A DNA stretch of 64,000 bases from Patescibacteria group bacterium (GCA_041658665.1 JBAZZR010000003.1:68125-132124); one strand, 5' to 3'; shown: positions 46,510 to 56,389, counted from the stretch's first letter. Program-made: numbers and translations. The notes: generated by a model from the sequence alone, not told the origin.

Positions 46510-46851
46510 TTACTTCTTAGCTAAAGACAAATTCGCGCTGGATAAATATTCGACATCGCCGACGGCAATCATATTCAAACTACCGGCCCGCGCGTTCACG
46601 GAATAATAAGATTGCGCTAAACTAACTTTTTCTTCTTGATCGGCTTGGCTACTCGCTAAAGACATCGCCCGCGATTTTAATTCTCGAAGAATAAAGCCTT
46701 GAGCCGTCAAAGCACTAATATTGAATAAATAGAAAACACCAACCGCAGCAATAACCGAAAATAAACCGAGATTAAAATATTTGAGCGATAATTTTTTAGG
46801 TTTGGCGGCGTTATTTAAAGAGATAGCGCAACCATTGATAATCTTGGTCAT
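46510..46851 (-). CDS. Small bitopic cell-division protein (FtsL-like by position)
   Basis: 113 aa with a single TM helix, located between rsmH and ftsI. Confidence 0.5.
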   Translation of the reverse strand: MTKIINGCAISLNNAAKPKKLSLKYFNLGLFSVIAAVGVFYLFNISALTAQGFILRELKSRAMSLASSQADQEEKVSLAQSYYSVNARAGSLNMIAVGDVEYLSSANLSLAKK

Positions 46852-46876
46852 AAGTAAGAAGCAAATTTATATTAAT

Positions 46877-47776
46877 TTAAAAATTATTTAATTGTCGGGC
46901 AGCGGCCCGTAGTTTAGCACTCCTAGAGCGAGGATTATTCTCTAATTCCGACTCACTCGGCGTTAGTGGTCTCTTAGTTAAAATATCTAAGACCTCGCTA
47001 GAGCGAAAAAATCTTTTAACAATCCGGTCTTCGCCGCTATGAAAAGAAACTACGACCAGACGACCACCCGGCGACAAAATTTTCAAAGTAGCCGGTAAAA
47101 CTTCCTGTAAAGCGCCTAGTTCATCGTTCGTCGCTATTCTTAAGGCTTGAAAGATTCTCGTCGCGGGATGAATCCTCGAATGAACACGAGGCGGAACGAT
47201 TCTTTCCACTATTTTAACTAAATCCAAGGTACTAGTAATGGCATGCTCCCGTCGCGCCGCAATTATTCCTTTAGCGATCTGATAAGCTCGTTTCTCTTCT
47301 CCGTATTCTCTAAATATTCTCGTTAAATCCGGCAAAGAATAATGATTAACTATTTCCCTGGTCGAATTCTCATTTAACGGACCAAACGACATATCAAGCG
47401 GCCTTTCGCCCTGAAAGGAAAATCCTCGCTCAGTATCCTCTAGCTGAGCCGAGGACAGACCGAGATCAAAAACAATCCCATCAAACTTATCTGATTTCGG
47501 AAAATACTGTTTAACAACCGTGGCTAAATTTTTAAAATTCTCTTGAACTAAACTGACATTATTTAAATTACTATCACGAATAAGTTGTCGGGCACTATCA
47601 ATCGCTAAGGCATCTAGATCTAAACTAAGGATTCGGCCCCGTTCTCCCACCGCTCTGGCTAGAGCTAAAGTATAACCGGCTCCGCCTAAGGTACAGTCAA
47701 TGAAGGATTCCCCCGGCTGAGGATCGAGATAGGCTAGGACTTCAGTCAGCATGACCGGGATGTGGGCATAAGCCAT
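46877..47776 (-). CDS. rsmH: 16S rRNA m4C1402 methyltransferase RsmH (MraW)
   Basis: HIPVML, DCTLGGAGY, DLGLSS and FHSGEDR. Confidence 0.95.
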   Translation of the reverse strand: MAYAHIPVMLTEVLAYLDPQPGESFIDCTLGGAGYTLALARAVGERGRILSLDLDALAIDSARQLIRDSNLNNVSLVQENFKNLATVVKQYFPKSDKFDGIVFDLGLSSAQLEDTERGFSFQGERPLDMSFGPLNENSTREIVNHYSLPDLTRIFREYGEEKRAYQIAKGIIAARREHAITSTLDLVKIVERIVPPRVHSRIHPATRIFQALRIATNDELGALQEVLPATLKILSPGGRLVVVSFHSGEDRIVKRFFRSSEVLDILTKRPLTPSESELENNPRSRSAKLRAAARQLNNF

Positions 47777-47783
47777 AAAATTT

Positions 47784-48215
47784 TTAAATTCCTAAATCTC
47801 CCAACTCTTCGGCAATCGCGTTACTATTTTTCTCTGATTCTTTCTTATACTTATTCCAGCTCGCTTCATTCCAAATTTCTAAATGATTATATAAACCGGC
47901 AATAATTATACTTTTATGGAGACCGGAAAATTTACGCAGATATTCCGGCAGAGTGATTCGACCCTGATTATCAAATTCTAAATCCATCGCGCCGGCTAAC
48001 ATATGACGAGAAAAAGCGCGCGCCTTCGATTGGCTTAAAGGAAGCGCCGCAAACTTGGCGGCAATTTTTTCAAACTGTTCTTTAGAGTATAAAAATAAGC
48101 AGTCATCCAAACCCTTGGTCACTACTGCTCCTTTTTTTAAAATGGCCCGAAACTTAGCCGGTATTGCTAAGCGCCCTTTGTCATCTAAATTATGATTGTA
48201 TTCACCGATAAACAT
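47784..48215 (-). CDS. mraZ: Transcriptional regulator MraZ
   Basis: Two DxxxR motifs (DDKGRLAIPAKFR and DNQGRITLPEYLR). I prefer the start at the ATG at 48215 (MFIGEYNH). The track ORF extends to 48275. Confidence 0.9.
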   Translation of the reverse strand: MFIGEYNHNLDDKGRLAIPAKFRAILKKGAVVTKGLDDCLFLYSKEQFEKIAAKFAALPLSQSKARAFSRHMLAGAMDLEFDNQGRITLPEYLRKFSGLHKSIIIAGLYNHLEIWNEASWNKYKKESEKNSNAIAEELGDLGI

Positions 48216-48292
48216 AAATATTATTGTTAGGGAGATCTGATGATGACAAGCAAAGTTCACCACATCTCCCCACAATTCACCTTACGAGTTTA

Positions 48293-48321
48293 ATTATACA
48301 CCACTTAGCCCCTAGGGTCAA
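48293..48321 (-). promoter_or_regulatory. Consensus sigma-70 promoter (TTGACC-17 nt-TATAAT) of the mraZ/dcw operon
   Basis: -35 at 48316-48321 and -10 at 48293-48298 on the minus strand. Confidence 0.6.
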
Positions 48322-48357
48322 CATTCCTCTTTCCCTTAAAATAAGCCTAAAAACAAG

Positions 48358-48388
48358 AAAAAAGCTACTTATCAACAAGTAGCTTTTT
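48358..48388. terminator. Bidirectional intrinsic terminator after tsaB
   Basis: AAAAAGCTACTT-atcaac-AAGTAGCTTTTT. Confidence 0.7.
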
Positions 48389-48457
48389 AAATAAATAATA
48401 ATTTAAAAAAAATTTTTAAAAGTTTTCAACAATTAGTGCACAGGACTAAAATTAGGC

Positions 48458-48838
48458 TTAAAGTAATTTTTTCGGGGCGCCAATAGTCGGCTCACGGTCA
48501 TAAAGCGGTTCGACAATAGAATAAACGGCAAATTTTTTATTTTTTAATTTAGTTTTTGGCTCCGCTTCGACCGGAATTTTTAAGGCATAAGCAAGCGCGT
48601 TAGCCGTAATCACGCCGATACGTAAACTAGTGAAGCTTCCCCCTTGATTAGCTACGATTATTTTCTTGAGCGCCTGAAGTTTTACTTTCTGGTCTTGTAA
48701 TAATTTAGCAATCGCCGGTAATAATTTCTCGGCTTGCTGGCGCGGCGCTTTAAATTTTTTCTGGACGATTGTTTTTTCGTTATCGCGTAAAGCAATAATT
48801 ATTTCTTCGTGACTCGTGGTATTAATATAGAGGGTCAT
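48458..48838 (-). CDS. tsaB: TsaB (YeaZ)-like protein, N-terminal half only (126 aa)
   Basis: GGSFTSLRIGVITANALAYALKIPV is typical of the TsaB/ASKHA N-lobe. The protein is about half the usual length. Confidence 0.65.
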   Translation of the reverse strand: MTLYINTTSHEEIIIALRDNEKTIVQKKFKAPRQQAEKLLPAIAKLLQDQKVKLQALKKIIVANQGGSFTSLRIGVITANALAYALKIPVEAEPKTKLKNKKFAVYSIVEPLYDREPTIGAPKKLL

Positions 48839-48850
48839 ATAAAACTAAAA

Positions 48851-50314
48851 TTATTTTCTTTTCAAAATTTTAATAATTCCTTGATCAGCATTAACCTCAA
48901 CCTCATCGCCATCGTTTAAAATCTGGGTAGCAATCTTTGTCCCGATAACACAAGGGATTTTTAATTCCCGAGAAATAATCGCGGCATGAGAGGTAATCCC
49001 GCCTTCATCCGTAATTATCGCCGCCGCTAGCTTCATCGCTGGTACCATTTCCGGCCGAGTCATTGAGGAAACCAAGATATCCCCCTTTTCCATATTAACC
49101 ATATCATGAATCTTTAAAATTTTTTTTACTCTACCCCGCGCCCGTCCTAAGGAAGCGGTTAAACCTTTTAATTCCTGTTCCGATTGCTGATCCTTAAAAA
49201 AATAAGCAAATATCTGCCGATAATCTCGGCCAGAGAATAAATAAAAACCGGCCGCCGTCTGTAAACAAGCGCTTCCCTTTATTCTCGACTTTAAAACCTG
49301 ACGAGAAATTTTGCCGCGCAAGCAATCGGCCACTTCCGGAAAAATTAAATATTTCAAATAAACCAAAGAAATTTTTGTCCGCCGAGAAATTTCCTCTAAA
49401 AATTTAAATTGATAAAAATTAGCTATCAAAACATACTTCTTTCTCGTATCTTGTATACCAAAAAATTCGTCCATAAGCCATAAAAGAGTTTTTTGCCAAA
49501 TCGTTAATTTATATTTTTTAATTATCTTCTGTTTCTTGCTCCAAGCTTGTTTTAAACTACCCGTCCGTCCGATTCTCCGGTTCTTTAAACCCGCAATAAT
49601 TAATTGTTTAAAATCCGTTCCCGTGAGTCTAACGCCGCGGGCATAATTATTAGTAATATAAAAATACTTAGCGGCATGAGCTGATAATTCTTGCTCCTTT
49701 AATTTTTTACCAATCGCTAGCTTCTGAATTAGTTTTTCACGCGCGAGCGCCTCTTCTTCAATAAACGATAAATGCCGAGTCGCTAATAAAGCCGGAAAAT
49801 CTTGGGCAAAATTAGGGCCCAAAACTTTTTTGAATTCCGGCACTAAATATTTTTCCGCGGGCATAGAAATAGCGTCGCCGAGCACCATAAAATATTTAAA
49901 CTCTTCCGAGTAGGCTTCATAGAAAGAATTATAGGCCTTCACTAAATCCTGATTAGACAGTTTAGCGAGGTCTAAATGATCTATTTTTTTTAGGACTATT
50001 TCAAAAATTTTAATTTTTCGAGCCCAAGCTTTTTTTAAATTAGCCAAATAATTCTTATTTTTCTTTAACCGCTTAAAAAACTCCTCTCGAATAAAAGTTA
50101 AATCATTTTCATTCCAATACCAATGAATATAATTATCTTTAGCAAAAAAAATAGTCCTGACCGCCCGCTGGCTTAAAAAACTCTGCACCGCTGGACCAGT
50201 TTGACCGACCGGAAAAAAAGTATGAAAAATCCCATGGAAACCTTTATAAATCCACTCGGAATCAGCTAAATTATATTTCTTGATAAGCGAATCAATTTTA
50301 GGCTTAGTTATCAT
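48851..50314 (-). CDS. Protein with a C-terminal PEP-utilising-enzyme mobile (phosphohistidine swivel) domain and an unknown N-terminal ~400 aa (paralog 2)
   Basis: The C-terminus reads GDILVSSMTRPEMVPAMKLAAAIITDEGGITSHAAIISRELKIPCVIGT. I recognised no ATP-grasp or PEP/pyruvate TIM-barrel motif. Confidence 0.75.
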   Translation of the reverse strand: MITKPKIDSLIKKYNLADSEWIYKGFHGIFHTFFPVGQTGPAVQSFLSQRAVRTIFFAKDNYIHWYWNENDLTFIREEFFKRLKKNKNYLANLKKAWARKIKIFEIVLKKIDHLDLAKLSNQDLVKAYNSFYEAYSEEFKYFMVLGDAISMPAEKYLVPEFKKVLGPNFAQDFPALLATRHLSFIEEEALAREKLIQKLAIGKKLKEQELSAHAAKYFYITNNYARGVRLTGTDFKQLIIAGLKNRRIGRTGSLKQAWSKKQKIIKKYKLTIWQKTLLWLMDEFFGIQDTRKKYVLIANFYQFKFLEEISRRTKISLVYLKYLIFPEVADCLRGKISRQVLKSRIKGSACLQTAAGFYLFSGRDYRQIFAYFFKDQQSEQELKGLTASLGRARGRVKKILKIHDMVNMEKGDILVSSMTRPEMVPAMKLAAAIITDEGGITSHAAIISRELKIPCVIGTKIATQILNDGDEVEVNADQGIIKILKRK

Positions 50315-50316
50315 AT

Positions 50317-51813
50317 TTATTTTAGAATAATTATTCGCCCTTTATCGAGATCAAGTTCAACTTCGTCTCCATCTTTTAAAATTTCGGTGGCCACCTTTGT
50401 ACCGATGATGGCGGGAATCTTTAGTTCGCGAGAAACAATGGCCGCATGACATAACATTCCACCTTCATTAGTAATAATGGCTTTAGCCTTATAAATAGCC
50501 GGCATAAATTGCGGCATAGTTTGTCCGGCTACTAATATTCTCCCCTCGGGAAAATTATAGATTTTTTTATCAATATCTTTTTCTCCCCATTTAAAAACAA
50601 ATACTCTACCTCGAATCTTACCGCGGCCACTAGCGGCCTGGCCAAAAAACTCCGACACTGAAACTATCTCTTCTGCTAATTCCGCCTGATATTTTCTTTC
50701 GGCTTCTTTACCCCAAAAAATTTCATACCCTTTTTCCGGTGTTATTAGAGCTAAGATATTACCGCCACGCCGTTTACGATGTTCCGCGGTTAATTTGAAA
50801 TTTCCCTTTAACAATTTAATAAATTCAGGAAAAGTTAAATTAAACACATCTTCTTTCGGCAAATTGAATATAGCGGCCGTTCTAGATACTAATAGCGGCC
50901 CTAAATAAAGGAGAAAGGCCCAACCTTTGAGATGGGCTTCTAGTCGCAACCAACTTAAAACTCTAATAGTCTTTATTTTTTCTAGTAACGACTGAGGAAG
51001 TTGATAAAACTCCGCAATCTTAAGCTGACTATTCCTGGTTTTTAGACCTCGACTACTTATTTCTTTTAATTCATGTTCTAAAATTGATAAGCTCTTAGTT
51101 GATTCAGCTTGTAATAATTTTTGGTAATGTTTTTTATCCCAAGTCCCAAACTGCGAACTAGCCGGTAAATATTTATAAAGATTTATCTGACAAGCTATCC
51201 GGGTAGACAATTCTTCTGGGTCTAACTTTCCTTTCTTATAAGGAATAGAAATTTTTTGTAACCAGTTTTTTCTCTCTTCCTCTAGACAAGTCGGCCGATC
51301 CGATTTAATAAGGGCTAAAAATTTCTCCTGTAATTTATTGTCGGGTACATACTTATTAAGTTCTCTTAGCAAAAAACGATTAAGCTTAGCCGTATACTCT
51401 GGTTGAGATAAAAAATAATAGCCCATCGATTCATTATAAAGAAGCGCCGATTTTTTAACTAAATCGAGAATCTGTTTGGCCGCCAATCGATTAACTGGAA
51501 AATGGTCAATTTCTTTTTTTAATTGGTCAACTTCACTGACTATCTCTAAAGTTTTTTTAATATATTCCTTAACTTTTTTTTGATTCGTAAAAAATTTATA
51601 ACCAATTTCCGCTTTTTTCTCCTCATCCTCGGTCCAAGTATGTTCACTAAAAACCCGATTCTGACGGTCTAGATAACTAGCATAACTCTCTTTACAACCC
51701 GTTAACTTCTCAGTAATCAAAAATGAATCATAATAAGATAGTTCGCCAAAAATAAAAGTTACCGATTCGGCTTTACTAGTATAATACTTATTCCAAGACA
51801 TAATTTTATCCAA
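50317..51813 (-). CDS. Protein with a C-terminal PEP-utilising-enzyme mobile (phosphohistidine swivel) domain and an unknown N-terminal ~400 aa (paralog 1)
   Basis: The C-terminus reads GRILVAGQTMPQFMPAIYKAKAIITNEGGMLCHAAIVSRELKIPAIIGT, with LCH in place of the usual TSH. Confidence 0.75.
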   Translation of the reverse strand: MDKIMSWNKYYTSKAESVTFIFGELSYYDSFLITEKLTGCKESYASYLDRQNRVFSEHTWTEDEEKKAEIGYKFFTNQKKVKEYIKKTLEIVSEVDQLKKEIDHFPVNRLAAKQILDLVKKSALLYNESMGYYFLSQPEYTAKLNRFLLRELNKYVPDNKLQEKFLALIKSDRPTCLEEERKNWLQKISIPYKKGKLDPEELSTRIACQINLYKYLPASSQFGTWDKKHYQKLLQAESTKSLSILEHELKEISSRGLKTRNSQLKIAEFYQLPQSLLEKIKTIRVLSWLRLEAHLKGWAFLLYLGPLLVSRTAAIFNLPKEDVFNLTFPEFIKLLKGNFKLTAEHRKRRGGNILALITPEKGYEIFWGKEAERKYQAELAEEIVSVSEFFGQAASGRGKIRGRVFVFKWGEKDIDKKIYNFPEGRILVAGQTMPQFMPAIYKAKAIITNEGGMLCHAAIVSRELKIPAIIGTKVATEILKDGDEVELDLDKGRIIILK

Positions 51814-52554
51814 TTAAACTTTACCAGCTAACTGCCGTAATTTTTCTTCACTGAGTTCACCCCGAACATCACGAAACCGATATTTTAAGGAAACCTCGGT
51901 CGGGCTACGTCGACTTATATATAAACGTAAATCTTCTAAAAAATCGAGATTGCCGCCAATCGCCTTAAGGCTCTCTTCGGCTGATCGTTTTTCTAGTAAA
52001 TCAACCAAAAAATTTTCGATGAGACCAGCATGAGAAATAAGCACGATTGGTTTTTTAGTTCCGGATTTATAAGTTTTTGTCTGTTCCACGATAGCTAAAA
52101 GTTCCTGTGCGACTTTTTGGCTGATTTCTACCGAACTTAATGATTCTGAATCAAATCTTTTATCCCCCGTATCAATCACCATTTGTACCGCAGCGGATTC
52201 ATCGCCCTTATTTTGTTCGGTAAGTTCTTGATATTTCTTATCAAATTCATCAGAACCGATAAAAGCCAAACCGGGCCGGATATTATTTTCTAAATCTCCG
52301 GGGCCAGCTTTAATAAGTATCCGAGCGGCTTGGCGCGGTCTTTTGTGTCCAGAATGGCTCACTTCCAACTCATCGGTCTCATACATCTTTTGGTATCGAT
52401 CAAATAATATTCGCAGTTTTTCAGCGTCTTCCTCGCCCTTCGGGCTAATATCGCCATCAAATGTTTCTTTATGGGGATGCCGCATCAAATAAACGGTGGC
52501 GCTAACGTCATAACCCTCCTTCTTTTCTACTGGTGGGTTGTATTTTTCTTGCAT
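51814..52554 (-). CDS. Histidine phosphatase superfamily-like protein
   Basis: VYLMRHPHK (RH motif), ISPKGEEDAEKL and IVLISHAGLIENFL. Its stop codon directly abuts the start of the next gene. Confidence 0.55.
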   Translation of the reverse strand: MQEKYNPPVEKKEGYDVSATVYLMRHPHKETFDGDISPKGEEDAEKLRILFDRYQKMYETDELEVSHSGHKRPRQAARILIKAGPGDLENNIRPGLAFIGSDEFDKKYQELTEQNKGDESAAVQMVIDTGDKRFDSESLSSVEISQKVAQELLAIVEQTKTYKSGTKKPIVLISHAGLIENFLVDLLEKRSAEESLKAIGGNLDFLEDLRLYISRRSPTEVSLKYRFRDVRGELSEEKLRQLAGKV

Positions 52555-52555
52555 A

Positions 52556-53557
52556 TTATTTCAAAATATTTTTAATTTCGTTCAAACTGCTCGACCTTAC
52601 CAGCCGCTCTCTTAATTTCGCAGCGCCATCCATCCCTTGCACGTACCAAACTAAATGTTTGCGCAGTTCAATGATTCCGTTCTTCCCTTTTAATTTTTGT
52701 TCCTGGGCGGCGTGGTCTAGAGCGATTTTAAAAATTTGTTTCGTTTTTAAATTAATAACTTTCCCATTTTTTATTTCCTTAAATAGCCAAGGCCGACCCA
52801 AGATACCACGAGCTAAACCAAGACCATCGGCTTTACTTAACTTCAAGGCGCGCTGCGCCTCCGCTAAATCATTAATCCCGCCATTAGCTAAAATAACACC
52901 TCGGAAATATTTTCTCGCTTCTTTTATTAGTTGCCAATTAGCCGGTCCGGCAAACCCTTCATTGAGCGTTCGCCCATGGATCATCACGGCTGAAACAGGT
53001 AAATCAGAAATATTTTTCAAAAACCGCCGAGCGTCGACTGTTCCGGCCTGAGCTCTAATCTTGATAGATACGGGCAAATTAGTATTGGCTAATACCGCCT
53101 CAATAACAGCCCGCGACTGTTTTAAATTTTTCATTAGACCACTGCCGGCTCCCTGCTTAACAATCTTCGGCACCGGACAACCAAAATTAATATCGATTCC
53201 GTCTGGTTTAACCTTCTTAGTTATTATTTCTGTAGCTACCGCAAAATGTTCTGGATTACTACCAAATAATTGGACGACATAATACTTTTCTACCCGACGC
53301 TGAAAATTTAATAGTTTAAGAGTAGCATTCTTTTCCGAGTTACCTTCTTTTAGAATACTACTACTGGAAACACTAGCTGATTTTCCGGCTCGATAAAAAA
53401 GAGCCGCCGCCGAAGCCATCTCACTATACAAGACATCAGCGCCATATTTTTTACAAATCTGTCGAAAGGCCGAGTCGGTAAAACCAGCCAGAGGCGCCAG
53501 AGCTAAAATCGGCCTCTTGCTCTTTTTTAATTTTTCCCAAAAATTTACAGGCATCAA
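52556..53557 (-). CDS. dus: tRNA-dihydrouridine synthase
   Basis: LAPLAGFTDSAFRQICKKYGADVLYSEM, NFGCPV (catalytic Cys) and IHGRT. Confidence 0.9.
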   Translation of the reverse strand: MMPVNFWEKLKKSKRPILALAPLAGFTDSAFRQICKKYGADVLYSEMASAAALFYRAGKSASVSSSSILKEGNSEKNATLKLLNFQRRVEKYYVVQLFGSNPEHFAVATEIITKKVKPDGIDINFGCPVPKIVKQGAGSGLMKNLKQSRAVIEAVLANTNLPVSIKIRAQAGTVDARRFLKNISDLPVSAVMIHGRTLNEGFAGPANWQLIKEARKYFRGVILANGGINDLAEAQRALKLSKADGLGLARGILGRPWLFKEIKNGKVINLKTKQIFKIALDHAAQEQKLKGKNGIIELRKHLVWYVQGMDGAAKLRERLVRSSSLNEIKNILK

Positions 53558-53559
53558 AA

Positions 53560-54981
53560 TTATTTCTTATGACTCAACTTATAGCCGTCTTTCGTATCTT
53601 CCATAAGATAACCTTTCTCTTCAATACTTTTCCGGAGCGCATCGGCGAGAACCCAATCCTTTATTTCACGGGCGGCGTGGCGTTTTAAAACTAGAGTTTG
53701 AAGCGACTCTGGCAAATCCGTGAACTTCAATTCTTTATCTACTAGTCGCGCGGCTTTATCTAAACCTAAACCGAAAACTTTATCGAAATCTAAGATAGTC
53801 GCTTTCTTATCCGCCGGACTCAATTTTGATTTCAAAACGGCAGCGACCAAAGCCAAGGCCTGAGGTAAATTCAAATCATCATTAATAACGGCTAAAAATT
53901 TATCCTTAAACTCGACACTAACCGTACCTCTCGTTTCTCCTAAATTCGCTACTTGATTTAATAAACTATTTAAACCGTCCTCGGCCTGCTTGATCCCTTC
54001 TTCACTATATTCTATCGGTTTACGGTAATGAGTCTGTAGAGACGCAAAACGATAGGCGAGGGGATTAACTCCCTTCTTAATCAAGGCGTTTTCAAGCGTC
54101 AAAAAATTTTCCGTGGCTTTAGCCATTTTTTTACCACCGCTTATATTAAGGAAGGCTCCATGCAACCAATAATTGAAAAATTTCTTCCCCGTGGCGGCTT
54201 CGGATTGAGCAATCTCATTAGTATGATGGATATTAATGTGATCGATACCGCCGCAATGAATATCTAATTGATCTTTTAGAAATTTTAAACTCATGGCCGA
54301 ACATTCAATATGCCAGCCCGGAAAACCAACGCCCCAAGGCGACGGCCATTCCATTTGTCGCTTCGCTTCCCCCGCTTTAAGCATTAGAGAAAATTTCCAA
54401 AGGGCGAAATCGGTCGGGTTCTTCTTTTCCGGATTTATTTCAATACGCGCGCCCTCCTTTAATTTTTCGAGTGGCAAATGGCTTAATTTATTATAGTCTT
54501 TAATTTTGGACGTATCAAAATATATTCCATCAGAAGTCTGATAAGTAAACCCCTTATCCTTTAAAATTTCAATCATCTCTACCTGCTCTTTAATATAACC
54601 CGTCGCTTTACACCAAATATCCGGTTCTAAAATATTCAAAGCCGCTAAATCTTTTTTAAAAGCCTCCGTATAAAATTCGGCAATATCCCAAGCGCTTTTT
54701 CCTTCCCGTTTGGCGCCGACTTCGAGCTTATCTTCCCCCATGTCCATATCGCCAGTTAAATGGCCGACGTCAGTAATATTGGTAATATGTTTAACGTTAT
54801 AGCCGTTATATTCTAAAACACGAACCAAGAAATCTTCAAATAGATAAGTCCGTAAATTGCCGATATGGGCATAATTATAAACGGTCGGGCCACAAGTATA
54901 AAGACCAACCTCACCCGACTTAATTGGCTTAAATTCTTCTTTTTTTAGAGACAAAGTATTGTATAAAAATAACGGCGACAT
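53560..54981 (-). CDS. cysS: Cysteinyl-tRNA synthetase
   Basis: CGPTVYNYAHIGNLRTY (HIGH), GWHIECS and KMAKA (a KMSKS variant). Confidence 0.95.
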   Translation of the reverse strand: MSPLFLYNTLSLKKEEFKPIKSGEVGLYTCGPTVYNYAHIGNLRTYLFEDFLVRVLEYNGYNVKHITNITDVGHLTGDMDMGEDKLEVGAKREGKSAWDIAEFYTEAFKKDLAALNILEPDIWCKATGYIKEQVEMIEILKDKGFTYQTSDGIYFDTSKIKDYNKLSHLPLEKLKEGARIEINPEKKNPTDFALWKFSLMLKAGEAKRQMEWPSPWGVGFPGWHIECSAMSLKFLKDQLDIHCGGIDHINIHHTNEIAQSEAATGKKFFNYWLHGAFLNISGGKKMAKATENFLTLENALIKKGVNPLAYRFASLQTHYRKPIEYSEEGIKQAEDGLNSLLNQVANLGETRGTVSVEFKDKFLAVINDDLNLPQALALVAAVLKSKLSPADKKATILDFDKVFGLGLDKAARLVDKELKFTDLPESLQTLVLKRHAAREIKDWVLADALRKSIEEKGYLMEDTKDGYKLSHKK

Positions 54982-55018
54982 AGTTTATTACGATAATTCT
55001 TAATTATTAATTATTATT

Positions 55019-55876
55019 TTATTGGGCGTAAGCGATCATCTTAGCTAAAGATCTGTCAAAATTGCCTAGATTATCTCGAAGCCGAGGATCTAAATTTTTA
55101 TTATAGACATACTCCTGGGCTTGTTGTTTTAAAGAATAAACTAATTTAGCATAGACCGATTTCTCTGTCTGATCGGACACGGCCAGAGCCGAGTCGGCTG
55201 TTAAAGACTTTAATAGATTATTCAACTCGACCTTACTCAAGGCCAGATAAAACAAGGGGATATGACCTAATTCTTTTCTGATTAATTTTCCGTTTTGGCA
55301 GGTAGCGCCATATTTAATTCTAGCGCCCTTACCCTCTATCATTTTCCGGCGCATTTTTTCTTCTTTCTTCTCACCGCCGTCATCGCCGACATTACCAATA
55401 ACATCATCCACGCCGCAAACGACCGCTCCGGTTTTTTTATCAATAATCAACTGATCGGCACCATTTTCATAATCATCATAAGTAGAGGCGCGAACAGTAA
55501 CAAATTCCTGGCCTAAAATCTTATTAAACAATAAGGTCATAGCGATCTCCGTAATGTTGCTCGGGTTCTTTTCGCGATCCGCTAAAAATTTTTCCGGAGT
55601 CTTAAATTCATCTTCCGCAAACCCTTTAATTTTCTCCGCCATCCGCTCCTGATCATAATCTGCGTCTCGACCAATCATTTTCATCTGTCCGTCAGCCGTA
55701 CAAAAATCGCCATACTCCGAATTTAAACGTTCGGACATAGACCTTAAACTCGTTTTCAAATCAGGCGAATATTTTTCGGGCCGAGGTACTTGAGGCTTAT
55801 TATCCCATTTAGATTCCGAGAGTTTATCAAGATCAATTTTACCTAATATTTTCAAGCCGGGTAATTTCTCGCTCAT
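55019..55876 (-). CDS. Hypothetical protein (285 aa)
   Basis: A long ORF with codon usage like its neighbours. No motif recognised. Confidence 0.5.
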   Translation of the reverse strand: MSEKLPGLKILGKIDLDKLSESKWDNKPQVPRPEKYSPDLKTSLRSMSERLNSEYGDFCTADGQMKMIGRDADYDQERMAEKIKGFAEDEFKTPEKFLADREKNPSNITEIAMTLLFNKILGQEFVTVRASTYDDYENGADQLIIDKKTGAVVCGVDDVIGNVGDDGGEKKEEKMRRKMIEGKGARIKYGATCQNGKLIRKELGHIPLFYLALSKVELNNLLKSLTADSALAVSDQTEKSVYAKLVYSLKQQAQEYVYNKNLDPRLRDNLGNFDRSLAKMIAYAQ

Positions 55877-55958
55877 ACTTTTAAAGCTAAAATTTAAATT
55901 CTCCCTCGCTAATTATGGCGCCACTCAAAGACCGAAGCAACCAACTTCGGCGTAGATA

Positions 55959-56321
55959 TTAAGCATGATCAGTTTTCAAATCTTTCTCGCTAATTAGCCC
56001 GTTACTCAGCCAAGAGCCGATCCAGAGCCAGAGCGACAAGCCAATTGCTGTCCATAAACCGCCCACAAAAAAACCTTTAACGATGCTGGAAACAAGTAGA
56101 ACAAGCAGACCATTAATAACTAAAGTAAAAAGTCCGAGAGTCAAAATATTAATTGGCAGGGTTAGGATAATAAGTAGCGGACGAATAACCGCATTAACGA
56201 TTCCTAGAATAAGCGCGGTTATAATAGCGACCCACCAACCGGAAACGACCACGCTGCTAAAAATAAGCGGCGCGATGAGCAAAAATAAGGCATTAATAAT
56301 TAAGCGCAAAATCAGTTTCAT
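55959..56321 (-). CDS. Small 4-TM membrane protein (DUF360 / holin superfamily IV-like)
   Basis: 120 aa. GIVNAVIRPLLIILTLPINILTLGLFTLVINGL resembles YvlD/DUF360. Confidence 0.6.
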   Translation of the reverse strand: MKLILRLIINALFLLIAPLIFSSVVVSGWWVAIITALILGIVNAVIRPLLIILTLPINILTLGLFTLVINGLLVLLVSSIVKGFFVGGLWTAIGLSLWLWIGSWLSNGLISEKDLKTDHA

Positions 56322-56389
56322 AAAATTATAATTATTTAATTATAGCTTTATTTTATCACGTTTTGACAGAAAAAGCATTTTTTAGTAAG

